A DNA stretch of 64,000 bases from an uncultured Anaerolineaceae bacterium (GTDB taxonomy: Bacteria > Chloroflexota > Anaerolineae > Anaerolineales > E44-bin32). The DNA lies in assembly GCA_964385355.1 (NCBI GenBank), contig CAYLOO010000002.1, positions 30,091-94,090 of the forward strand. Direction: 5' to 3'. The position numbers were made by a program, and so were the translations under genes. The first letter of the stretch is position 1, and every line of letters begins with the position of its first letter. Of this stretch, positions 8,408 through 17,419 are shown one piece after another. The notes under the pieces were generated by a model. The model made no database searches. It was not told the origin of the DNA and was given only the letters and a program-made list of their open reading frames with translations.

Positions 8408-9760
8408 TTACAGCTCTACAAAATATGCTTCTGCCGCGCGATTGAGTAGATCCTTTGTCATCTTCGGATCGATACTTATATAGCGAGAAATATCCAGGAT
8501 TTGATCGCAAATATCTCGTGGGTGAGATGCTCTCATCTTTCGGTTACGCTTGATATACCACTCCTGCAAAAGATATGCGAGGCCACTTTCGGAGTATTCA
8601 ACACCTTTGGCTTCAGCAACCACTTTGAAGATGCCCCGGTAAGCTTCATAGGATGGGTCTCCAACTTCGATCTTATGTCGCAAACGTCGCAAAAATGCTT
8701 CATCGACCAGGTCTTTTGGTGGAAGATTTGTTGAGAAAACGACCAGTACATCGAAAGGAATTTCTACTTTCCTTCCTGTGTGAAGTGTGAGGTAGTCAAT
8801 CCTGTTTTCGAGAGGCACAATCCACCGGTTAAGCAAGTCTCGCGGACGAACTTGCTGTCGGCCAAAGTCGTCGATTAGAAAAACGCCGCCGTTTGCTTTT
8901 ACTTGAAACGGTCCTTCGTAGAATTTATTCACATCGTCGAAAACAAGGTCTAATCCTTCCATCGTCAATTCTCCACCGGTGACAATGAAAGGGCGACGGA
9001 TCCGTACCCAACGCGGATCTCTCTTTGATCCAGTCATTAATGACCCGGTTCCTTCCGAGGAATGTTCTTCATCTGGAGAAAGCACATGGTTTACCGAATC
9101 GTAGAGTTTCACAACCTGTCCATCGATATCTATGGCGTAGGGAATGTACATATCCTCTTCGAGAAGAATACTCCCGATTGCCTTCGCAATGGATGTTTTA
9201 CCATTTCCGGGTGGCCCGTAGAGGAAGATCGAAGTTCCCGAGTTAACCGCCGGTCCGATCTGATTGAAGGTTCTTTCCGAGAGTACGAGTTCTGTAAGGG
9301 CTGATCGCATCGTATGCTCATCGACTGTGGGTCTACCCCGGCTCTGTCTAAGGATTGAATCGTTATAAACCGCTAGCGGCACAGGTGCAGGGCCTGCATA
9401 TTGGCTGCGTTCAAGCGCTTCCCTCGCGCGTGCAATCCCAGCTCCGGTAATAGCATATTGATAGGACCCCTCGCCAAAACCCACCTGAGATTTAACTTCG
9501 ACGAACTTCTCTCGTTTAAGGACCTCCAGAATCTGATCCGTTAATCCCGCAAATGTGAGCGACATCGCTTCGCTAACTTTGAAGCCGGTCATGTACCCCC
9601 TGAAATACAGAATCTTCAATGCTAAATCCTGAAGCCATAACTGAGAAAGGCCGGTGTCGGCTACACGGCTCACCGGTGGGGGCACAAAACGAAGATTTGA
9701 TGTTGAGGGCCGATCATCAACCGTCGTAGCTCTGACAGGACTTCTTGGTAGTGACATCAC
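8408..9760 (-). CDS. AAA+ ATPase with an N-terminal winged-helix-like region, function unknown
   Basis: Walker A GPPGNGKTS, Walker B VFLIDDFG, and a sensor/arginine region STNLPPKDLVDEAFLRRL. Confidence 0.75.
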   Translation of the reverse strand: MMSLPRSPVRATTVDDRPSTSNLRFVPPPVSRVADTGLSQLWLQDLALKILYFRGYMTGFKVSEAMSLTFAGLTDQILEVLKREKFVEVKSQVGFGEGSYQYAITGAGIARAREALERSQYAGPAPVPLAVYNDSILRQSRGRPTVDEHTMRSALTELVLSERTFNQIGPAVNSGTSIFLYGPPGNGKTSIAKAIGSILLEEDMYIPYAIDIDGQVVKLYDSVNHVLSPDEEHSSEGTGSLMTGSKRDPRWVRIRRPFIVTGGELTMEGLDLVFDDVNKFYEGPFQVKANGGVFLIDDFGRQQVRPRDLLNRWIVPLENRIDYLTLHTGRKVEIPFDVLVVFSTNLPPKDLVDEAFLRRLRHKIEVGDPSYEAYRGIFKVVAEAKGVEYSESGLAYLLQEWYIKRNRKMRASHPRDICDQILDISRYISIDPKMTKDLLNRAAEAYFVEL

Positions 9761-9889
9761 ATATCTCCAATACTTTATAAAATTGCTTTATTCTATGTTT
9801 CAATAAGCGTAACCCGATTATATATACCCATACCGCCATGAGCAAATAGTAAGTTGTGCCCACATAGATCGGGAGGTAAAATACCACCC

Positions 9890-10576
9890 ATGAAACTTAG
9901 TGTAGTGATCCCCGTTTATAACGAATACGACACCATCGAGATTCTTCTCGATAGAGTAATGTCTGTCGGACTTGCAGATGAAATCATTGTTATCGATGAT
10001 GGATCGACAGATGGAACACGTAAGCTCTTGCAGGAACGGGCACCCAACCATGATGTCATTCGTCTCATTCTTCACGAAATGAACCATGGTAAAGGAGCTG
10101 CGCTTCAAACAGGATTTCAGGCAGCTACATGCGATCTGATCCTTATTCAAGATGCTGATTTGGAATATGACCCCAGGGACTACGTCACGCTGCTAAAACC
10201 CATTCGTGAAGGAGTTGCAGACGTCGTATATGGGTCCAGATTTCTCGGTGCGCCTCGGCGGGTTACGATGTTCTGGCACATGATTGCCAATAAAATGCTC
10301 ACTCTCATGACTAACCTTCTCTTTAACAGCATCCTCACCGATATGGAGACAGGCTATAAACTCTTCAAGAGCGAAATAATCAAAGATATACCGCTCCGCT
10401 CGAAGCGCTTTAATATTGAGCCTGAAATAACTGCGAAATTACTCAAGCGTAAGGTTCGTATTTTTGAAGTTCCGATTACCTTTAACCCCCGCGAATACGA
10501 GCAGGGAAAGAAAATCGGCTTAGGAGATGCGTTCGAGGCTGTTTGGTCGTTGATTAAGTATCGATTGATTGATTAA
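9890..10576 (+). CDS. Family 2 glycosyltransferase (polyprenol-phosphate glycosyltransferase-like)
   Basis: MKLSVVIPVYNE...VIDDGSTDGT...QDADLEYDP. The start was moved to ATG 9890, which has GGAGG 13 nt upstream. The track ORF starts at 9854. Confidence 0.85.
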   Translation: MKLSVVIPVYNEYDTIEILLDRVMSVGLADEIIVIDDGSTDGTRKLLQERAPNHDVIRLILHEMNHGKGAALQTGFQAATCDLILIQDADLEYDPRDYVTLLKPIREGVADVVYGSRFLGAPRRVTMFWHMIANKMLTLMTNLLFNSILTDMETGYKLFKSEIIKDIPLRSKRFNIEPEITAKLLKRKVRIFEVPITFNPREYEQGKKIGLGDAFEAVWSLIKYRLID

Positions 10577-10636
10577 CTTCTTAATAAATAATCAGGTATG
10601 TCCTTCTTAGTGGCCTCAGGGAATTAAGAATCTCTT

Positions 10637-12322
10637 TTAGATCAATTTTCCAGGAAACTGAATATCCACAATGTTCAGCTGTAGCGATTCATAACCTAGA
10701 TAGGTGTTCCTCTCCAATCGATAGGCAATATCGATACATTCCGGCAGCCGTTCAATACTATCCCCCATCCGGAATGCGATCGCATCGAAGGATTTTGATC
10801 CTTTTCGCAAAGTCATCTTCAGGTGCGATTTATCCGCCCCCACTAGACGACTATCCCTAACTTGAACTTGCTCAGTACAGAATATTGGCCAATCATTTCC
10901 TTGGCCACACGGTTGTAACAGATCTATGAAATTCATTAATCTTTCCCCCAATTCGCCAAATTCTGCATCGGAATCAATCGCAATTGCGGGCTCTAATTCC
11001 TCATCTCCCATTTCCTGCTCGGCAATGGCCACCAAACGTTTCTGAAGAGCCTTAAGATTTTCATTTCGTACACTGAAACCGGCGGCTGCGGCATGCCCCC
11101 CAAACCGATCGAGAAGATCAGAGCATTTCTCCAGCGCTGCCGTGATATGAAACCCAGGGATGCTCCTTGCAGAAGCACGCGTATGACTCTCGCCGACTTT
11201 CCCGACAATCGCTGGCCGATAGAATTCATCGCAAATTCTTGACGCCGCGAGGCCAACTACTCCTTCATGAAAATCTGGTTCTGCTACCAATAATATAGGT
11301 CCAATATCACTTTGCTTGAAGGTTTCTATCGCCCGTTCGACAACATCAAGCGTGAGCAGTTTTCGTTTATTGTTTAACTGTTCTAGTTCTTTAGCAATTT
11401 CACTCGCCGTTTGTGGATTTTTTTCGACAAGCACCTTGTAGGCAATGAGCGCCGATTGGACTCTACCAGCTGCATTCAACCTGGGCCCCAGTCCAAAGCC
11501 GATTGCGGATGAATCAATCCCCCCTTCCCGATAACCTGAAACATTAATCAGCGCCTTTATCCCGACCCGAGGTGATGAGTTGATAACCTCCAAACCTGAT
11601 GTTACAAGAGCGCGATTCTCACCCGTCAATGGAACCATGTCCGCAATTGTCCCAATCGCAACAAAATCAAGAAGCGCCCTCTCTTTCGAAGAAGGCAGCT
11701 CCTTATCTCTGAAAATCGCTTGTGCAAATTTGTAAGCTACTCCGACGCCAGCTAAACCTTCATGCGGATACCTTGTGTCTGCTCGATGCGGGTTGAGTAT
11801 CGCGAGCGCATCAGGTAACGCATCCCCTTGAATATGATGATCGGTGATGATTACATCAAGCCCCAGTTTAGTCGCATGTATCACCTCATCGATGGCTCGT
11901 ACACCACAATCGACAGTGATCAAGAGCTTTGCTTCCGACGCGGCGATATGCTCTACAGCCTGATGGTTGAGCCCGTATCCCTCTGCAAACCGGTCTGGGA
12001 AGTATACGCTGACGCATGCGCCAACCGCTCTCAGCGCCTCAACCAACAACGCAGTCGCAGTGACCCCATCCGCATCGTAATCACCGTAGACCACAATACC
12101 CTGGTCCTCCTCTAGCGCTATGTTGATCCTTGAAACCGCTTCCTTCATCTCGTTAATTAAATAGGGGTCGGCTTCAATGAACGTCCCCGGATCTAAGAAT
12201 TCACTAACGCTGGCTTCTGTCGAGTATCCACGATTAAAAAGTATCTGCTGTTCGATCCTGCTAAAGGATCGCAGGGATTTGCTTACACCAGCAGGAGGGA
12301 ATTTGGGGATGGTCCATTTCAT
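10637..12322 (-). CDS. recJ: Single-stranded-DNA-specific exonuclease RecJ
   Basis: DHH family motifs DYDADGVTA, VDCG and ITDHH, followed by a DHHA1 region with GGHAAAAG. Confidence 0.92.
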   Translation of the reverse strand: MKWTIPKFPPAGVSKSLRSFSRIEQQILFNRGYSTEASVSEFLDPGTFIEADPYLINEMKEAVSRINIALEEDQGIVVYGDYDADGVTATALLVEALRAVGACVSVYFPDRFAEGYGLNHQAVEHIAASEAKLLITVDCGVRAIDEVIHATKLGLDVIITDHHIQGDALPDALAILNPHRADTRYPHEGLAGVGVAYKFAQAIFRDKELPSSKERALLDFVAIGTIADMVPLTGENRALVTSGLEVINSSPRVGIKALINVSGYREGGIDSSAIGFGLGPRLNAAGRVQSALIAYKVLVEKNPQTASEIAKELEQLNNKRKLLTLDVVERAIETFKQSDIGPILLVAEPDFHEGVVGLAASRICDEFYRPAIVGKVGESHTRASARSIPGFHITAALEKCSDLLDRFGGHAAAAGFSVRNENLKALQKRLVAIAEQEMGDEELEPAIAIDSDAEFGELGERLMNFIDLLQPCGQGNDWPIFCTEQVQVRDSRLVGADKSHLKMTLRKGSKSFDAIAFRMGDSIERLPECIDIAYRLERNTYLGYESLQLNIVDIQFPGKLI

Positions 12323-12467
12323 TATCTACATTCACCTTTGACTCGTTATGGAATTTGATGGTATATCTTTCCTCTCAAAGTGTACCTTACTATAAGCTTC
12401 TTGTTTGCCTTGCAGACTTGCTCTCGACCGCGCATAGGGGCACACTTTTCCGAAAAATCCTTGGATG

Positions 12468-12476
12468 TGCTACGAT
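12468..12476 (+). promoter_or_regulatory. Extended -10-like element TGCTACGAT, 6 nt before the fmt ATG
   Basis: Read directly. There is no Shine-Dalgarno between it and ATG 12483. Confidence 0.45.
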
Positions 12477-12482
12477 GAACCC

Positions 12483-13421
12483 ATGAACGTCGTATTTATG
12501 GGCTCTCCCGAATTCGCAATTCCATCTCTCAATACTCTGTCCGCAATGCGCGACATTAATCTCGTTGGTATTTTTTCTCAACCTGACCGCCCTGCCGGTC
12601 GGGGACGGAAATTGAGATCTTCGCCCGTCAAGCTGCGCAGCACTGAATTGGGATTGAGTATCTATCAACCAGATTCCTTGAAATCGCCTGATATATATTC
12701 AGTTTTCCAAGCCCTTAATACTGAGCTTATTGTCGTAGCTGCGTACGGTATGATTCTGCCGCCAAAGTTCCTTGATTTCCCTAAGTTTGGTTCGATTAAT
12801 GTCCATGCGTCTCTGCTGCCTCGCTGGCGTGGTGCAGCCCCAATTCAAGCTGCAATCCACGCTGGAGATTCAGATACAGGTGTGACGATTATGAAAATGG
12901 ATCCCGGTCTCGATACAGGTCCGATCCTATCTCAACGTCGTACCACAATCCATCCATCAGATACAGGAGGTGAACTATCAGAGCGCCTCTCAATATTAGG
13001 CGCCGAGCTACTCCTTGAAACCATCCCTTTGTTTTTATCAGGAGACCTCCTCCCACGCGAACAAGATGAAAATAAAGCTACGTATGCTCCGCCGCTAAAA
13101 AAATCTGAGGGTCGATTAGATTTCATGCGCTCCGCAATTGAGCTTGAGCGTCAAATTCGTGCATATAATCCTTGGCCAGGGTCTTTTCTCGAATGGGGTA
13201 ATAGGCGTATTCGCATCCACAAGGCTGATGCACTTACCGATGACACCTTAGAGCCTGGAGCTGTGGGCAAGATTGACGACAAGCCAGCTATCGGCGCAAA
13301 CCCTGGTACGCTCCTCCTGCAATCTGTCCAGCCAGCCGGGAAAAATGAGATGCCTGCTGAAGATTTTTTAAGGGGCGCAGGAGGTATTTTGAACACCAAC
13401 CTTCTCGCCAACCAGGTATGA
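12483..13421 (+). CDS. fmt: Methionyl-tRNA formyltransferase
   Basis: MNVVFMGSPEFAIPSL...QPDRPAGRG...NVHASLLPRWRGAAPI. The start was chosen at ATG 12483 to match the usual Fmt N-terminus. The track ORF starts at 12465. Confidence 0.92.
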   Translation: MNVVFMGSPEFAIPSLNTLSAMRDINLVGIFSQPDRPAGRGRKLRSSPVKLRSTELGLSIYQPDSLKSPDIYSVFQALNTELIVVAAYGMILPPKFLDFPKFGSINVHASLLPRWRGAAPIQAAIHAGDSDTGVTIMKMDPGLDTGPILSQRRTTIHPSDTGGELSERLSILGAELLLETIPLFLSGDLLPREQDENKATYAPPLKKSEGRLDFMRSAIELERQIRAYNPWPGSFLEWGNRRIRIHKADALTDDTLEPGAVGKIDDKPAIGANPGTLLLQSVQPAGKNEMPAEDFLRGAGGILNTNLLANQV

Positions 13422-13864
13422 CAATGGAACTCCAACTCCTTCGTACACGACATCCCCCGGAAATCTTTCTTCAACAGCTTATTGGACTACTCCAATCCGA
13501 AGGTTTCATCATCAGTCTAGAAGAAGTCCATTCAAGAATAGATAAACTACCCGCAGAGGATCGCCTTATTCTAGCTGTTGAAGGAGAGTGCTTGTATGGC
13601 TATGCGCACTTAAGGATAGCGCATGATCTTATCGATTCAGAGACAGCAGTTGTCGTATCCGTTATTGTTCACGTAGATAGGAGGCGACAAGGTGTCGGGA
13701 GCCGGCTTATTGCCGCCGCAGAGACTTGGGCGCGCCAAGCAGGCCGCTCACGCCTTCTCTTACGAACAGATGTTATTCGAACAGGAGCGCACGCATTCTT
13801 CGTCGCCTTAGGTTATGAAGGAAGCTCAACTCAGCTCGAATTTATCCGCCATCTCTCCGATTAA
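13418..13864 (+). CDS. GNAT family N-acetyltransferase
   Basis: VHVDRRRQGVGSRLIAAAETWARQAG...AHAFFVALGY shows the Q/RxxGxG/A motif. The start overlaps the fmt stop by 4 bp. Confidence 0.8.
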   Translation: MTMELQLLRTRHPPEIFLQQLIGLLQSEGFIISLEEVHSRIDKLPAEDRLILAVEGECLYGYAHLRIAHDLIDSETAVVVSVIVHVDRRRQGVGSRLIAAAETWARQAGRSRLLLRTDVIRTGAHAFFVALGYEGSSTQLEFIRHLSD

Positions 13865-13898
13865 TTTCATCCTCTCCTACTATTCGCTCCCTTTCGCG

Positions 13899-13926
13899 TT
13901 GACAAGCACCTGTTCTGTGAGAGAAT
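13899..13926 (+). promoter_or_regulatory. Sigma70-type promoter (TTGACA, 16-nt spacer, TGaGAGAAT) upstream of glpA
   Basis: -35 TTGACA at 13899-13904 and -10 GAGAAT at 13921-13926 with an upstream TG. The ATG at 13936 is only 9 nt downstream. Confidence 0.55.
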
Positions 13927-13935
13927 GACCGCTAT

Positions 13936-15501
13936 ATGTCCTCTCTTTCCACTCAGGTTCTCGTCATCGGCGGCGGAGCCACTGGGCTCGGTATTGCCTG
14001 GGATGCTGCCTTGCGCGGGCTCAAGGTTGTCCTTATCGAGCAGTCCGACATCGGTCAGGGAACTTCAGGCCGTCATCATGGTCTCCTGCACTCAGGAGGC
14101 CGCTACGCTCTTTCCGATCCCGTGTCGGCGCGAGATTGCGCCTCAGAAAATCGCATTCTCAGAGAGATTGCAGCTCACACCATTGAAGATACCGGCGGGC
14201 TTTTCGTAGCAACTCCGGCTGACCCAGTTGATTATCCTGATCGGTGGCTTAGCGCATGCTCCCACTTAAACATTCCAACTGAGGAAATTTCGCTCTCAGC
14301 AATGCTTGAACGAGAGCCATTGCTCAATCCGAGGATTTCTCGATCCTTTCTCGTTCAAGATGCATCTATCGACTCCTTCGACCTGGCACACGTTTTAGTG
14401 AGCGGCATTGAGGAGCATGGCGGCGTTGTCCTTCTGCGTCACCAATTGGAAAGCTTGATCATAGATCAAGATCGTTTGGTTGAGGCCAAAATCAGGAATC
14501 GATTAAACGGTAAAAGCCTAAGCCTATCCGCTAACCTCTTTATCAATGCCGCGGGTCCATGGGCAAAGACAATAACAACAATGGCAGGGGTTGAATTACC
14601 CCTTGCCCTCGGCAAAGGGACACTCGTCGCCATGTCCCGCCGCCTTGTCAACACCGTTGTTAACCGCTGTAAGCCTCCCTCAGACGGCGATATTATCGTC
14701 CCCGTAGGCACAGTGGCAATCCTTGGCACCACGGATATTCCAGTCAAAGAACCTACTTCCCTGGATGTTGAACCCTGGGAAGTCGATCTCTTGCTCGCGG
14801 AAGGGGATCTTCTCCTGCCGGGTTTGCGGGATAGCAGACCGCTTCGAACCTGGGCTGGCATACGCCCGCTTTACCGGCCAGCTGAGAACGGTAACACACA
14901 AACCCGTGCCCTCCTCCGATCACATGTGATCCTGGATCATGAGGAAAGCGATGGTCTTCAATGTTTTATCAGTGTGATCGGCGGCAAACTGACGACGTTC
15001 AGGTTGATGGCAGAGGAAACTGTTGATCTTATTTGCGATAAGCTCGAGATCGATCAGAAGTGCTCCACTGCATCAACTCCCCTTCCGAATGAGAGCGGAC
15101 ATTTCTATAGCTTGACCTCCCGTTTAGAGAAGCTCGAGCGCCAGCCTCTTCACGCCAGCACTGATCAGATTGTTTGCGAGTGTGAGCTCGTCACTCGCGG
15201 CGATATTGAGTTCGCTCTTGATAAATCTGTCACCGGCACCGAACTTGATGACCTCAGACGCGATCTGCGAATGGGGATGGGTCCCTGCCAGGCTGGCTTT
15301 TGCGCTTACCGCACATACGCGATTTCTTCAGAACACTCCTCGTCACCTCCTTCTTTAAATGGTCTCCATAACTTTTTATATGAGCGCTGGAAGGGAATTA
15401 GGCCTGTAGCCTGGGGGAGCACGCTCCAACAGATGGAGTTCTCACGCCGCATCTACCTCGACTTGCTCGCGGCCGGCCCTGAATCGGAGATTCGCTCTTG
15501 A
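13936..15501 (+). CDS. glpA: Anaerobic glycerol-3-phosphate dehydrogenase subunit A
   Basis: FAD motif VLVIGGGATGLGIAWDAALRG...GTSGRHHGLLHSGGRY and a C-terminal BFD-like Cys motif (CECE...GMGPCQAGFC). Confidence 0.9.
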   Translation: MSSLSTQVLVIGGGATGLGIAWDAALRGLKVVLIEQSDIGQGTSGRHHGLLHSGGRYALSDPVSARDCASENRILREIAAHTIEDTGGLFVATPADPVDYPDRWLSACSHLNIPTEEISLSAMLEREPLLNPRISRSFLVQDASIDSFDLAHVLVSGIEEHGGVVLLRHQLESLIIDQDRLVEAKIRNRLNGKSLSLSANLFINAAGPWAKTITTMAGVELPLALGKGTLVAMSRRLVNTVVNRCKPPSDGDIIVPVGTVAILGTTDIPVKEPTSLDVEPWEVDLLLAEGDLLLPGLRDSRPLRTWAGIRPLYRPAENGNTQTRALLRSHVILDHEESDGLQCFISVIGGKLTTFRLMAEETVDLICDKLEIDQKCSTASTPLPNESGHFYSLTSRLEKLERQPLHASTDQIVCECELVTRGDIEFALDKSVTGTELDDLRRDLRMGMGPCQAGFCAYRTYAISSEHSSSPPSLNGLHNFLYERWKGIRPVAWGSTLQQMEFSRRIYLDLLAAGPESEIRS

Positions 15502-16724
15502 CACATATCATTATTATTGGCGGTGGTCTAACAGGGCTTTATGCGTCCATTATTGCCGTAGATCGAGCAGCTAAAGTCACAACTGTCTTTCAGGGTCGCG
15601 GTGGATTATCGCTATCCCATGGCTGCATCGATGTACTGGACAGAAGCGCACCATCCAGGTCTCTGGCGCGCCTTTCAGACCATCACCCGTACAAACTCTC
15701 CGGCATAGCCAACCTTAAGGACGCACTTTCTAAATTCCGAGAGTTGATGCTACATGCCGGATATCCCTTTACCGGAAAGCTCTCGAAGAGTATATCGATT
15801 CTTACAGCACTTGGTTCCATCAAACGAACATCCTTTGCCCCCTCCGGCATCGCCAGGGGTGATCTCAACTCATGCGAGCCAATCGTTTTGGGACACTTCA
15901 GCGGTTTTCGGGATTTCTATCCGAAGATGATTCAAAAACGAGCACTCAAATCCGGTGTAAAGATTGCGAAAGTCATAGATTTACCCTTGCTCGAACCTCC
16001 AGTTCTTCGAGCTGCTTATTCCACAGATTACGCGCTCCGCTTTGAAGATTCTGGATGGCGCGAGGAGATAATTCGCATGTGGAGGCCGCTCCTTCCCGGC
16101 GTTAAACGTCTCGGGCTTCCAGCTGTCCTCGGCATTCAAAATCATTGCGAGATACTCGAAGAACTTGAGGATTCGCTAGGCGTAGATATCTTTGAGATTC
16201 CTTCGCTACCACCATCAGTACCCGGACTTCGGATCGAGCGCATTCTTCTACGCCAAGCCCAAACTCTCGGTGTTAATATAATTGAGGGCGTCGGCGTGAT
16301 TGGCCGCATAGATGGTCGGAGCCGCGGAAAACGCGTTGCCGGAGTTGTCCTGCATTCTACTGGTCGTACGATTCAACTCGACGCAGATGCAGTCCTGTTG
16401 GCGACGGGAGGTTTTTTGAATGGCGGCTTGGTCGCCCAACAAGACCATCGCATCCGCGAATCTGTCTTTGACCTTCCAGTGCTCCATCCGACTAATCGAT
16501 CAGATTGGGTTGGTTTATCGCTTTTCCATAGACAAGAATACGCGAGCACTGGCGTTTTCGTTAATTCTCGCATGCAGCCACTCGGTCTTGACGAGAAACC
16601 AATGTTTAAGAATCTTTACGCTGCCGGTGGTCTTCTTGCGGGTTCAGATCGATCGATCGAGGGCAGCCGTCAAGGCATCGACCTCGCCACTGCGTATTGT
16701 GCCGTTAACGAAGCCCTGAGATGA
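15498..16724 (+). CDS. glpB: Anaerobic glycerol-3-phosphate dehydrogenase subunit B
   Basis: IIIGGGLTGL at the N-terminus. The size and the 4-bp overlap with glpA fit. C-terminus YAAGGLLAG. Confidence 0.8.
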   Translation: MTHIIIIGGGLTGLYASIIAVDRAAKVTTVFQGRGGLSLSHGCIDVLDRSAPSRSLARLSDHHPYKLSGIANLKDALSKFRELMLHAGYPFTGKLSKSISILTALGSIKRTSFAPSGIARGDLNSCEPIVLGHFSGFRDFYPKMIQKRALKSGVKIAKVIDLPLLEPPVLRAAYSTDYALRFEDSGWREEIIRMWRPLLPGVKRLGLPAVLGIQNHCEILEELEDSLGVDIFEIPSLPPSVPGLRIERILLRQAQTLGVNIIEGVGVIGRIDGRSRGKRVAGVVLHSTGRTIQLDADAVLLATGGFLNGGLVAQQDHRIRESVFDLPVLHPTNRSDWVGLSLFHRQEYASTGVFVNSRMQPLGLDEKPMFKNLYAAGGLLAGSDRSIEGSRQGIDLATAYCAVNEALR

Positions 16725-16782
16725 TGGATCTGAGATTGGCAACTAGACTATTCAATAATTGATTCCCAAGGATGGTACCTGA

Positions 16783-17415
16783 ATGGATCACAAGATAACA
16801 CTTCTTCGCCACGGTCTCTCTACTGGCAATGAAAAGGGGATCGTCCAAGGGCAAAAGGACTACCCATTAACTGAAGAAGGCATAGAACAAAGCCGCTCTT
16901 TATTTCATTATTGGAAAGATCACGGCGTTTCTTTTGACGCTATCATTGCCAGCCCCCTTCTGCGCGCAAAACAAACCGCCGAAATCATTGCCTCCGGCAT
17001 GAATCTACCTATCGATTTCGACGAGGCTTGGTGCGAGCGCCATTCAGGAAAAGCAGAAGGAAGACCGTTTTCTGAAGTAAAGCTCCATTATGCAGATCGG
17101 CCCCAAGAAACAGCTTATGATCCCCTCTTCGAATCTGGTGAAAGCAGATGGGATCTGTTTATCCGGGCAGCAAATGCGATGCAAAACCTCCTCCGACGCC
17201 CAGCAGGATCATACCTGGTCGTCAGTCATGGGGCTATAATGGGGGCTGCACTTCACGCTGTCCTTGGTATATCACCGTCGCCAGCAAGGATTCGCCCAAT
17301 TCGAATCGGGTTCGATAACACGGGCTATGCAGTTTTGAACTTCGACGCTGATGACGCTCGGTGGGGATTACGCCATCTGAATGTGATCTGTCATCTACCG
17401 AAAAGATCTGGATAA
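16783..17415 (+). CDS. Histidine phosphatase family protein (phosphoglycerate mutase-like)
   Basis: RHG motif (LLRHGLSTGN) and a later SHG (VVSHGAIM). Confidence 0.85.
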   Translation: MDHKITLLRHGLSTGNEKGIVQGQKDYPLTEEGIEQSRSLFHYWKDHGVSFDAIIASPLLRAKQTAEIIASGMNLPIDFDEAWCERHSGKAEGRPFSEVKLHYADRPQETAYDPLFESGESRWDLFIRAANAMQNLLRRPAGSYLVVSHGAIMGAALHAVLGISPSPARIRPIRIGFDNTGYAVLNFDADDARWGLRHLNVICHLPKRSG

Positions 17416-17419
17416 TACA

